From assembly GCA_965644295.1 (NCBI GenBank), contig CBFFRP010000423.1:248001-312000 (forward strand): 64,000 bases of DNA, given 5' to 3'. Under the pieces are notes generated by a model, which saw only the letters and a list, made by a program, of their open reading frames with translations, did not search any database and was not told the DNA's origin. This document shows, in pieces, positions 39,124 through 51,523 of this stretch (position 1 is its first letter; each line of letters opens with the position of its first letter). A program made the position numbers and the translations under genes. This stretch comes from Paraphysomonas bandaiensis. Its lineage: Eukaryota > Protista > Chrysophyceae.

Positions 39124-41378
39124 CTAATTGCGCTTCTCTTTTTTATTTCCGCCACTACTCAAGAGAGCACAGGCAAGTTTGCTGCATGCATATCCCAGCA
39201 AACATGCAACTAGTGCTAGAACAACTGTCTCCACCTTACCGAACAATACCGCCATAGCACCAACTGTTACAGTTCCACTAAGTATATTAGCGAGTGTATA
39301 AAGCCCCAACGATGGAGCTGGGGGTGTGCTCTCCTTGACAACAGACTCAGACCTGTGTAAACATGCACTGTTACTGCCACATCCATAAACCAATGCAGTC
39401 GCACTAGAGATTATACTACATATATATCCATACGCCATATGCGTTACCTTGGTTGCCTCTCCACGACCGTATCGCTTGGCGCCTGGGTAGTATTCGTCTC
39501 ATCTGGCTTGACACGTCCAATTCGTACCATGTCCATCGGCGGGGGATTTGGATGCTGTCCATGCCACTTAACCCCAACACCACCTACTTTGCTCATGAAG
39601 GTATCATATCCTAGATCACTACACGCACATTACCAAGGACTAAACACCCAAGTGCAACACATACCACAGAGCATCTCTGAGTTCATCCAGATGTTCTTCA
39701 TTCGATACGAGTGTGATAGCGCATCCACCACCACCAGCTCCAGTAAGTTTACTGGCCATATTCCCATGTTTCGCCGAGGCTTCCACAACACGGTTAAGAG
39801 CTGGATGACCAACTCCTAGTGCACATAAGAGACCTTGGTTGACATTCATAAGTTGTCCCTACAGGTTGTCAGCTCAAGGTCAAATAACGAGCGGCAACAC
39901 CCATGTAACAACACAATACACTCTGAGTAAATGAAAGAAATTTCATGCCAGGCGAAATATCTCACGGGAGAACAAATACATACCACAGCATCTATGAACT
40001 CATCTAACGAATCTGGCTTCTTAGGCACGTGAGGGGTAGATTTGCTTGGGGTGCCCGCTGGAGAAGCGACAGGAGGAGTGGAAGTCGTCTCAGCTGTAGC
40101 AGTTGATGAACCAGAGCTGTGAACCAGAGTCATAAGTATGATGCCATAAAAGTGAACACTTACGGGTCAATTAAACGTAGAAACTCCTGTGATACACCCT
40201 CAACACTCTCCAATATCGGTTTCACTACAGCTGGCATAGCATCGTGCAAAACTCTAACACCCCTCACTAGCGTTTTTGTTGTACGAGGCACATGAGTATT
40301 TGTCAGGAGTATATTCATCTCTGGCAGAGGCGGAAGCGTTTCGAACCTTCCCAATGTTCGGTTGAGACGAACAGCGCCTCCAAAGCAACTGGTTGTATTA
40401 TCTAGGCCAGAAGGTTCCCCGTGTATAACCACCTCGGCCGCTATTACAGAAGTTAACACAAATAGCAACACAACACAGTTCACACATATCACATCTACGA
40501 ACATTTAAAATAATTTAAAAAATATGTACCACAAAATTCAATAACTGATATCATAAGGTGACTTACCATAAGCCCATCCATTGAGCATATTTAATACCAC
40601 TCCAGGGGGCTGCCACCCCTCCGGAGTATCATCTCCAGCAATTTCTTCTACAGGGAAACCTTGAGGGAATATGTCACAGTACATGAGTTGTCTGAGCCTC
40701 AGAAGGGCAGCGGATAGTGCAACAGCAAAAGATGCTGATGAACCTAACCCCGCACCAATAGGTAGCCCGGCAGACTTTACTTGCACCTTGATTCCGCGTC
40801 GAGACTCATCCTCTCCCCACAAACATTCAGGGAGAATATTGGCTGTCAGAAAACTGACCGCCATGACACCTTGTGCGAGGGATTCAGGTTTCCCATCAAA
40901 CAGATTTCGAAGTTTTTCAATTACTGCTTCGGATGGAACGATGGGTGTTAGGGGCTCTACATAACTGCGATTACATCGTCTATAATTGTTCATATGAGGG
41001 ATCACCTGTCCGGTGGGGTAAAATATCTACTAATTTTTCATATGTCACAACAGTGCCAGTCGTGTCTTCAGGATAGGCGTCCGGTAGATGAACTTCTATA
41101 TGTGGATCGGGTAATGTATCCTGTGATTCAAGTCATGCATATGTATGTATATATATAAGCGTGTGTATATATATGCCACTGTACGTATATACGCATATAT
41201 ATGTATGTATGTGTCTGTACGCATGTGTATGTATGTAACTATGCATTCATATACTCACCACTTGTACGACAATACGTAGATCAGATAAGGCAGCTGCAAT
41301 TGCTGTGACTCCATAGACCACAGCGTGTTCTCCGAATAATATCACTTTACCCGGTGCAGAGGCGATAGATCGGGGCAT
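39124..41378 (-). CDS. MVK: Mevalonate kinase with C-terminal hydrophobic extension (multi-exon)
   Basis: [62 protein letters not shown]. Confidence 0.95.
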
Positions 41379-41521
41379 TATAGATATATCTCAGAGTAAC
41401 TAGAATGCAATCATATTTGCAAGGCACGGAATGGAGGTGGTGTATGAGATAAGTATGGTGCAAGTGGAGGGTGTGCGGTTAACTCCCCAGGGCTCGTTTA
41501 CCAGATATAGGCAATATTTCA

Positions 41522-41810
41522 CATACACATACATACATACATACATACATACATACATACATACATACATACATACATACATACATACATACATACATAC
41601 ATACATACATACATACATACATACATACATACATACATACATACATACATACATACATACATACATACATACATACATACATACATACATACATACATAC
41701 ATACATACATACATACATACATACATACATACATACATACATACATACATACATACATACATACATACATACATACATACATACATACATACATACACAT
41801 ATACATGCAT
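41522..41810. repeat. (CATA)n microsatellite
   Basis: Directly visible; lies between divergent MVK and LYR genes. Confidence 0.99.
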
Positions 41811-41899
41811 ACTAACCCTAACTTCTTTCACATCACTGGACTTCAATCGACACTATTACCCCACCTTTAAACCAGTCCTCTGATTATCTCTTCAAAAAC

Positions 41900-42318
41900 A
41901 TGAGCCAAATTCCTCAAAAAACAGCTCAGCAGGTACACATTACTTCCCATATACTTCATCCATCTATTAATACATACGTACATATATTATACAGTTATTC
42001 CGTGACTGTCTTCGACTCACTCAACATATAGCGGGGAATGTAAGTGTATATACACATACTACCATACCATATATAACTAATCAGTGTACACTATCACAGA
42101 GCCCAAAAGGAGTTAAAATACGACGTATTGTTAAATCAGAATTTCTTCGTAATAAATCAGAGACTGATCCACAAAAGATTGAAGCTTTACGTGGTAATGC
42201 TGTACGAGCTCTTACAAACTATCTGATGATGGAGTCAAGTATGAAGGACCCTAGATTGAATCAACATGTGAAAGATCTCCGCAATAAAGATACTGAAGAG
42301 TTAAGAAAACAAAAATAG
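41900..42318 (+). CDS. LYR-motif (Complex1_LYR-like) mitochondrial protein; 3 exons, not in ORF track
   Basis: MSQIPQKTAQQ|LFRDCLRLTQHIAGN|SPKGVKIRRIVKSEFLRNKSETDPQKIEALRGNAVRALTNY... Confidence 0.88.
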
Positions 42319-43135
42319 ATTTATATTTTATGACTATCCGAATATCTCTCTTAATATATAATTATGATTGATACTTATCATACAAACATGGTTTTGGTGA
42401 TTGTAGTTTTTATATTTGCACTTCGGTATTTGTAGATCGTTACGATAACTACATGGGCTTGACAGTAAGTAGTCACGTATATTAGGACTAGGGAACATAT
42501 GCTATTCGAATACCTAGGCTTCGTCGAAAGGTTTACCCTTACTCTAGCTATGAACTGTATACAATCTATCGAAAATTACGATAATGGCTACTTGCCAGTG
42601 CTAGTGTCCCATATCGTCGTACGTAATGTACTCATAACTCATATATAGATTTAGAAAGTAGACACGTAGATATTTGTCGGTACGATATTTTTTCCACAAT
42701 TAGGTGTCAATATCGGTGCTCTACCGTAATTGTTATGGTACCTGAACACTGCTTATTTCAATTATATTCATCTACATGAGACTGGAGATAGGATATGGAA
42801 GAAATACATATTACTCGATTGATCGACTATTAAGAATTCTTTACATATGATACTCTTACTTGTTTATGACTAGGTGTATATATTAGAGGAGGATAAAGAC
42901 TATACATTTTAATGAGGGATTGGTATTACGAGGACAGGCCTGACGCCGTAAAAACGATGGCTACATAAATTAGTGCTTATATGATCACACTGTAATTCAT
43001 ATAGTTGAGTCTATTGTCCACTAGCTATGAGTGTGCTTAACAAATAAAACCATTGATAACAATCATAATGGATACGTACATATTATTACTCATCCGCACT
43101 ACACACTATTACTACCAGCTAACCACAATTGATAA

Positions 43136-46100
43136 TCAAAGGTTATACAATCGTCTCAGCTTTTCTGCTCTTTCACGATCAACATGTGCCGCCAAATGCT
43201 CCATACAACTCACCACACATGCTAAGTCTTCACTTGGAAGAATACTAAGTATCATATCAAACTTCGGTGTCGACGCTAAACCCTCAAGAACATTAAAAGC
43301 TGACGCTGTATGAGTACGCAATAAATGATCGCGCACCGAAAATAGCATGCAACTGAGTAAATCGGGAGAAACTGTCTCCTTAATAACCTTTTTAAAAGTC
43401 GATCGTTTGAATGTAGTTAGGTACACTGCAAACAGTTCTGGACGATTTTTGAGACCTCTCCATACTCTTTCTAGTTCGTACACTGTCTTTGGTGGCTCCG
43501 TTGGAACTACAGGGTTCTTCACAACCACCTTCTTGACTGTTGTGGGAGTTGACTTCGGGGTTAATGAAGGGCAGCTAGCAGGTGAGTCTACTTGAGTGTT
43601 GAGTGACTTAGACACTGTGAGTGAATCTGATTCACACTGGTCGTCTTCCTTTTTCATAACCGACGACAATTTGTTGGGAGTTTTCATCTTAGTGGAGAGA
43701 GCCACCATCCCCGTGTTGTCAGAAGGTTGTGACTTGCGCTGTTCCGTAACCGACGCTGCCGCTGTAAGACTGGCTTTCTCTTCATTCAATACACCAGATA
43801 GCATATTCTGAATTCTACTACGTTCTAATTTTGCCTCTTTATTCGCCGGTTCACTCTTTATAATAGAACCAAGGTCTTCTAGGGCTTTCATTAAACTCAT
43901 CTTGTCACCCATACCTTTCCTCGCTAACGAACGACGATACAGAGCCTTCAAATTGGGTGGGTTCCCACTGCTATCTATCACAAAAGTTGAGTCTTTTTCG
44001 GCATTGACGTAATCCGACATTTTCAAATAGGCTTGAGCTCGATTGTTGTAGATTAGTGAATTCGTGGGGTCGAGACCAATGGCTTCGGAATATAACTGTA
44101 CTGCGAGTGGGTAATCCTTTGCCTTCATGGCGTCATTACCAGCATTCTTCTTCTGTATACTGCGTTTCTTCTTAGATTCGTCTGTCTCAGCAGAACCTTC
44201 CTGGCTTTCCTCCTTCTTGCAGAGTGTACTTGATCGACTCCGTTCTTGGTGTAACTCTATTGAGTTCATTAATACTAGGGACTCGCAGTCAGTGGGGTCA
44301 ATACGAAGGGCAGATTCGGCATACTGTTTGGCTTGTTCAGCATCATTCTACATTCAATCAAAATCGGTTACATTACAAATTAGAGTATGGGATGAAAGCA
44401 ATATCATACGCTCTCAAAAACACACACAACAGCAAACATACCATTTCCAAATAAATCTCTCCGATACGTAGCATTGCCTTTAGATCATTCCCATCTTCCG
44501 ATAAAATTTCTTTAAGCGTATTAAGCGCATCTTCCCGTTGCTCCAGTGCGGTATAAGCTGTGGCTAGCATGTGCTGAAGAACGATTGTTTCGGCGCTCGT
44601 CATATTGCTACATTCATCTTGACCCAGTGCCATCTGAATAGCTTCTACTGCTTTGTTATAATCCCCATTGTCAAGGTGATGTGAGGCTGTCATGCGGAGT
44701 TGTTCAACTGTCTGTACAGATTGTGCCTTTATTTCTTGCTGTACACCTGGATCATTTTCATGACAAATACAATTACTCTCTTCTTTAGGTGACCACTTCA
44801 TCTCTAATAGTAACCGCTCTTGGGATTTTAATGCGAGATCATTAGCAGGTTCGAGCTTAAGAACCTGCTTTATATCCGCCAGAGCTCTGTCGAAGTCTTT
44901 TAGTGCCTCATATGCCATTGACCGGCGGTAGAGTGCTTTAACATTGGATGGGTCGCGCACTAGAACCAATCCTGTATCTGCTACGGCGTCCCGGAAGTTC
45001 TGTGTACGTAATGAAAATGAGAGGAGACATATAGACTGCATTTGAAATATGCCATCCACGTAAGCAATATGTATTTGACAGCACAAACTCCAGGCAAGCG
45101 TGAAATGATACCAAAAGATATTAAGCAACACACCTGGAGTTTAATATGAGCGAGAGCTCTATTAGAATGTACGGCTGTCGAAACCTGTCCGCTTGGGCTG
45201 AGTCTTAATGATTCGTTGTAGGCATTCAAAGCACCCTTGATGTCCCCTTTCTGCATTAGACTATTTCCTCGTTCCTTTTCGGCTATTGATTTTAACTCCA
45301 AGTTTTTCTCCTCTTCTTTTCCTTTATGTTCGGTTTCATCTTCCTCAGAATCAGAGCTCATTGTAATGGCGATACGCGTGAAGCATTCGGAAACGTTTTG
45401 GTTAACCTTGTCGTCACACTCTTCATCACTCATTTCTATCGCAATGCGAGTAAATCCAGAGCTTTCTTCTCGTACTTCAGTGCTATTCCCTTCATCTTCA
45501 CTGTCGCTCTCCTCAATCTGAATTCGGGTATACTGCGGTTCTTCGGGTCGTAGCTCCAGAAGTACACCACTTTGTTGCACTCTAAAGTCACTCTTCGGTA
45601 GTAATAATCGCTCTTTAGAGTGTACTGTTTTGAAAGGTATGCTATATTCGGATGTTGAGTTCGATAATAATCGCTCGGTGCCGTATGGTCGACCTTCAAC
45701 TTCAAGATACTTGTCTTTGGCTTTTTTTAGAAGCTGTGACAATTCCCCATTACCAGGTTTCAACTCCAGCGCTCTTTGAAAATCTTCGATGGCCTGAGTG
45801 CACAAGAATAAGTTACAATACAAATGAACATATCACAGTGCATAGCACTATGTTCACACAAAATCATACGAAGTATCACATTGAAATGGCTACTGGTCAA
45901 GGGTTGTCAATGATCTTCTAACGGGATACACCCACCGGTCCAGTCTTTCCTAGCTTCAAGCGCGCCAGCCCTCGACGGGAGAGGGCTTTTACATATGTTG
46001 GGTCTAACTGCAGCGCCCTATCAGCATCTTCTTCAGCTGATTCCAGTTTATTTAGTCGAATACTGACGACGGATCGATTGGCATACACCACTGCTGAGGC

Positions 46101-47052
46101 CAGAGAAGTATTATCTAGAGCAAGACTACGTGAATAGAAGGCATACGCCTCATCGTTCTCTCCAGCTCGAAACGCTTCATTGCCCTTTTGTTTCTCGCGA
46201 GCTACGACAAGAATTAAAAATTCTCTTTAGTGGCATATCAAACATTCCGTAGAAGATACTGATGAGAAAAAGTGTTTTATATAGACTCACCTGCAATGGT
46301 TTGTCTCTGGAGGGCAGTCATGTCCTGACTTTTCATTTCTTCTCTAAATACATTCAACTCTTCTTGATGCCTCTTCGCACGTTTTCTGGCTGCCTCTTCG
46401 GCTTTTCTACGACCTTCTTCGCGAGCCAGTCGTTTCTCCCGCTCTGCAGCTGTTTCCTCCTCCTCTAGTTTCTTCAGTTCCGCATCAACATCAAATTTCT
46501 CCCACGCAGGAAAATCGTACCCCGATAAACGCTTAGGAACATCTTCTTTCTTCTTTTCTTCAGCATGTCGTGGCTTTGAGGTTTTCGATGGCACATCTAA
46601 CTTCTCTACTTTAGTGCCTCGAATAGGAGGCAATGCTGACTTCGTCTTCGTGCTACCTGCTTTCTCTTTTGAACGTAGCTCCGCATCCATACGTTCAATA
46701 TCATTTTCCCATTCATTCAATTCATGTCCAGCTTCAGCAATTTCAGATGGAGTAACTTTTTGTTTCATGCGTAATATACGCTTACGATCTTTTTCAGGTA
46801 ATACAGACAACAGTTTCATCTCTGCTTTTTCTGTTAACTGTATATGTATGTATATAAATCATACACTGCAACACATGAGAAGTTATCACTTACATCCGGA
46901 TAGTATCCTTCTCTACCAGATTGTAGTATTTCGACTATAGCTTGTAATTTATTGGCATCATTACAGTTTTCGATATAACCATAATCAAGCATATCAATAT
47001 CAACATGTACCTTGGTTTCATTAGAAACAAAGAACTCTCCCAGTTCAGCCAT
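43136..47052 (-). CDS. SPAG1: SPAG1-like TPR co-chaperone with RPAP3 C-terminal domain (multi-exon)
   Basis: N-terminal LDYGYIENCND...ILQSGREGYYPD|LTEKAE is SPAG1-type; DFPAWEKFDVD; several TPR clamps (EKQKGNEAF, EKERGNSL, KKNAGNDAM); C-terminal PKTVYELERVWR...TPKFDMIL. Confidence 0.85.
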
Positions 47053-47511
47053 AAGGAATAAATGATCTTTCAAGTAATACTTTTACTTAACTAGTGGATT
47101 ATAGTGTGGTTTATATGGACTCATAGATATACATGCATATAGAGAGAGCCTACAGGGTCTCTCAGTGTATTGTTATGAAGTGAAACGAGTGAAAGAAGTG
47201 AGATAGTTCTAGACTAACTTTTTTCATTTCAATCAATCATATTTATGAAGTATTAGATTAAGCGATATGATTGGACAAGAGGTAGAAGAAAGTTTGTCTC
47301 AACAATACAAGATCAACGTACCTAGAGGCATGTACCTACATACTTATATATAACAGTACATGTACCTATGTATGTATATCCTCCACCTCTCTCCTACCAA
47401 TAACTAGCTACTATAGGAGCATATATATACATATACCACCATAGGATCCATACATTAACTAATCTCACACTCTCTCCTATCAATCATACGGAGAATCACT
47501 CTTTGAGGTCA

Positions 47512-49419
47512 ATGATATCCTCTTCGCCTCGTTACTCACATAATAAACCTACAGGAGGGTCCCCTCGTAGTGGTCGTATGTTTATCTTATGCGGGTGTAT
47601 ATTCATAGTCTCCGCATGGATCGGATCATATCTACCTGGTTTCATATTCTCTCCTATTCCAACAGATAATCATACTGGAATATATCATTCATCAGGTGTT
47701 CCATTATCAGAATCTTCACTTCCATTTACACCTCAATTAGCTCAATACAATGGTGGGAAGCACCCTCTTCTAGCCCCTACATGGATAGTCACATCGCCTG
47801 ATCAAAGTACAGTACATAGATTTTTTGATACATCTCCTTTTAGTCCATCTAATCGATATTTGGGTGTTACACGTATGCTTGTTAATGAAAATCGTGCAGT
47901 AAAGATTGGTGATCGAGCACAAATTGTAGTTACTGATTTGCACACTGGCAATGCAACTGTTGTCGCGGAAACCACCGCGTGGGATAGTCAAGTCGGAGCT
48001 CATGTGCAGTGGGGACGTAACGACAATGAGTTGTACTTTAATACTATTTTGTCAGATGAAAATCACAAGCATAGAGAAAGACCTGTAGGGGTGGTGCTAA
48101 ATGTGCACACCCAAGAGAAACGTACGTTAGACTGCCCCATATATCAGGTTAGCCCTAATGGTGAATACTCGGCGGCTCCTGATTTAACAATGATCAAGTA
48201 CACGCAGTTGGGGTATGGGGTTTTCGTACATCACACTCACGCAAGCACCAATGCCTCAAGAACTAACGGTTTGTTCTTGACTAATCTCGAAACAGGAACG
48301 TGCTCGTTACTTGTGTCTCTGTACGACATTGCCAAATTTGCGGGTATCCCTACCGATGTACCGATGTACGGATTTCACGTCAAGTGGTCGAGTGACAATA
48401 AGATGATTATGTTTGTGGTTCGAACACTTTCAACCGGGCCGGGGAAGTGGTTTTCTCTTCGAGGGTCCCCAAAGGTGGCTAGAATCAACCACATGTTCGC
48501 TGTGTCACCCACCGGTCAGATATTAACTCACGTTGTGTCTTGGGGTTCAGCATGCGGTATTCTAGATACTCATTCGTACAACTCACGTATTACTCACGTG
48601 ATTGGAGATTTAGCTGTTCGTGGGGATGGAAACCATCCAAGCTGGATACCCGATTCTCATAATATATCACTAAACTACCGTCAAGTGTGCGACTATGACG
48701 CGTCTTCGTCAGTTGGAAAAGTGCCAGTGTGGAAAATAGCCGTCTTTAATGTCGATGCATTGATTGCGAGTGCAGAGAAGAAGAAATATGACTCTGCCAA
48801 ACATTCTCCAGGAGCATATAGAGGTATTACTAGAGGCGTAATTGAATACGATTTCGGCACAGGTCATCCGAATTATTTTTCCGGTGGGAGGTTCATGATT
48901 ACTGATGCATATTTAAAAGAGAGAAGCATGTTTGGAAGTAGTCTGAATGCAAAAGAAGATGGAATGCTCCCACTGCGGTTGATAGATACCTTAAGAAAGA
49001 AAGAAGTTTGGTTAATGCAGGTATGTATAAGTATGCCATATTGATTGCAAGTAAGCTGTGTAATTGTTGTGTGGGTGTTGTTTGTGCAATTATGAAAATC
49101 CATCTGCGAAGTAAAACTGTAAAACTTATTGGAAAGACGTACTTTACCTGCGTTCGATACAACATGTCAATATATTGCTTATGTGCAGTTTCTACTTATT
49201 CAGGTTAATTTGAAGAGGCATATCATACGTCGCGATGAATCAGGTGCAGCGTACATCGAATCAAAGAAGAGCCGTAGGTGGCGATGTGACATGCACCCAG
49301 CTTTCAGTAGAGATTATAGTTGGGTAGCCATAAACGGTCGTCCAGGTGGTCACTTGAGACAAGTTTTGATTTCGTACATAGGGAATAGTCCATCAAAGTT
49401 TTTTCATGATGTAAATTAA
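47512..49419 (+). CDS. Type II membrane/secreted TolB-like beta-propeller protein (oligogalacturonate-lyase-like); 2-3 exons
   Basis: N-terminal TM segment, HRFFDTSPFSP, TAWDSQVGAHVQW, FHVKWS, GNHPSW, GHPNY, WRCDMHPAFSRD. Confidence 0.7.
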
Positions 49420-49514
49420 TTTCACCAATGCATTCCGTCTACCACAAAATATGTAGAATGAAATACTCAACTGATGGCGTACACACTAGAGCATGTACTT
49501 CAATTGCAAATTAC

Positions 49515-51203
49515 CAGGCTTGGGTAACAATTAATTGAAATTAATTGGACTGCCAACTAAATTAATTGGTTTTAAAAGTGATAATTTCAATTATTATTAT
49601 TATTGGTAAATGTTGCATATTACTGTAATTGGCTGGCTAAATTATATATAGCATCTTACGATATCTAGCTACTGATCTTAGGTACACACCTATTATATGT
49701 GAGCATAGTAGTATGGATGTATGTGCACAGTCACGTTATCATTTTATCAGTTGTAATTAGGGTTAGTAAACATATTAACCTCAGCTTGCAAGAGTAATAT
49801 ACCAGATTGTTGGTAAATGACAAACTGAGCATGTTAGAATTGGACATTACTGAAGTTAACTTTGCTCTACACGTAAACCTTAACCTTGCTATGTTGAGCA
49901 CAATTCACTTTCAAGTAAGAAATTATAATTATTATTCTGAACACTTCACTACATATTCTTGTAACATATGTTGAAACATCTGCTCTCAGCAACATCTGTT
50001 TATAATATGTTCATCAGTCAGTTCTATATCTTGTATAGTCGCACATCAGTAACTGAATTTAATTCCTTTGTACCTATAATCACCCGTTACACCTATGAGT
50101 TGACTTTCACCTATTGCACACTATTAACTCACTTCAATTGCACAATATATAGCATCTGTAAAAATATGCATGCCAAAGTTCTTACCACTGAAAGGAATAC
50201 CTTTCCGCACTGTACCCCTAACGTACTGTAGGTGAGATGTCAATGTCTGCTGATTAATTCTGTGCATGGCATCAAGAGGTAACAGAGATTTTGGGGTATT
50301 GGTTGCAGGTCCAACGACTCCGCATATGTCTGTTGGTCAAGTTGGATGTAATCCTGGTCTCAATTGCTCTCATATTGCAGAACTCAACACTCCCTCTCGA
50401 TTTAAAGCTGTAGATAGACTCTTAACATCACAAAGCACAACAGATGGATACGCAACCACCGAAAACCAGATAGGACAAATAGGTGAACGTATGACATACA
50501 TACATTCATACATACATTCACAGTCTGCAAGCATATTTCAATTAATATTGGATGAATATGGTGATGATGATGTCACTGATGATGGCTCAGAGGATGAGTA
50601 TGAGGAAACTTTTAATTAGGTAAGAGTAGTGGGTTTGATTATCAAGTTACCTTAGACCTTATATAATGACAAGTACTAAAATCTATGGATGTGTTTACGT
50701 ACTGATTATTAGTCATTATATACCAATATATGGCAATATATATTGCAATATATTGTAGGGCCGGTTTAAAAACTCCATCAGTACTATTGATGGAACGCTA
50801 TCTAACAATAGTATTGTAATATATTTTTCCCTATCCCTGATACATAGCATATATATTCAACTGCTTCGAAATGACGTTATACGTGTATCCGTTAGGTACC
50901 ATAATCGTTGCATGAATTATTTGTATAGCACTACCAATGTTTGTGAGAGGTTGTTTAGCAGAGCTAAGATTGTTATGACTAGATTTTTGCAAGCGAATGA
51001 CACCTAGACACCTTGAAATGTTGAATTTTCTATGTGAAAATGCTAATGTTTCTTTAGAATAATATAAGATTATAGTTCAGAGAGTTAGTCTAAAATATCT
51101 ATCAATAGAAATAAAGGCAATTAATTGGATGCTTGATTAATAATTGCAATTATTATTGTTGGACACCTGTCACCAATTAATTGCCAATTGTTACGCAAGC
51201 CTG
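49515..51203 (+). mobile_element. Non-autonomous/decayed hAT-like DNA transposon, ~1.7 kb
   Basis: TIRs CAGGCTTGGGTAACAATT and (reverse complement) CAGGCTTGCGTAACAATT; flanks CAAATTAC/TTAATTAC (6 of 8 match); AATTAATTG subterminal repeats at both ends. Confidence 0.75.
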
Positions 51204-51523
51204 TTAATTACAACTCTGTGGTCACCAGTACGAGCACATGGCATAGCACTGTGTATAATAAATTAAAAGCACTATACACCACATATTTTGTGTTTTTGAA
51301 AAATTGAATAAATTAGGCTCTACTATCTCGTTATTCTGTGGTAAATTATCAAATTCCATCAATAAAAACACTCTGAGCTGACATACTGACTATAATATCG
51401 CACTCGTATTGCTTCACAAATATAGCAGCAACTATGTGTGACAAATTTATTCAGGCTAGCTATAGCCTAGCGGCAACTGTAAGCTATCGTGGCTACACTG
51501 CTTCGAATCTGGTACTTTACACA

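Noticed and set aside
51455-51516. tRNA-like A box TAGCCTAGCGG and CTTCGAATC
   Set aside because: The B box is imperfect, no cloverleaf forms, and it lies in the VPS11 3' region.
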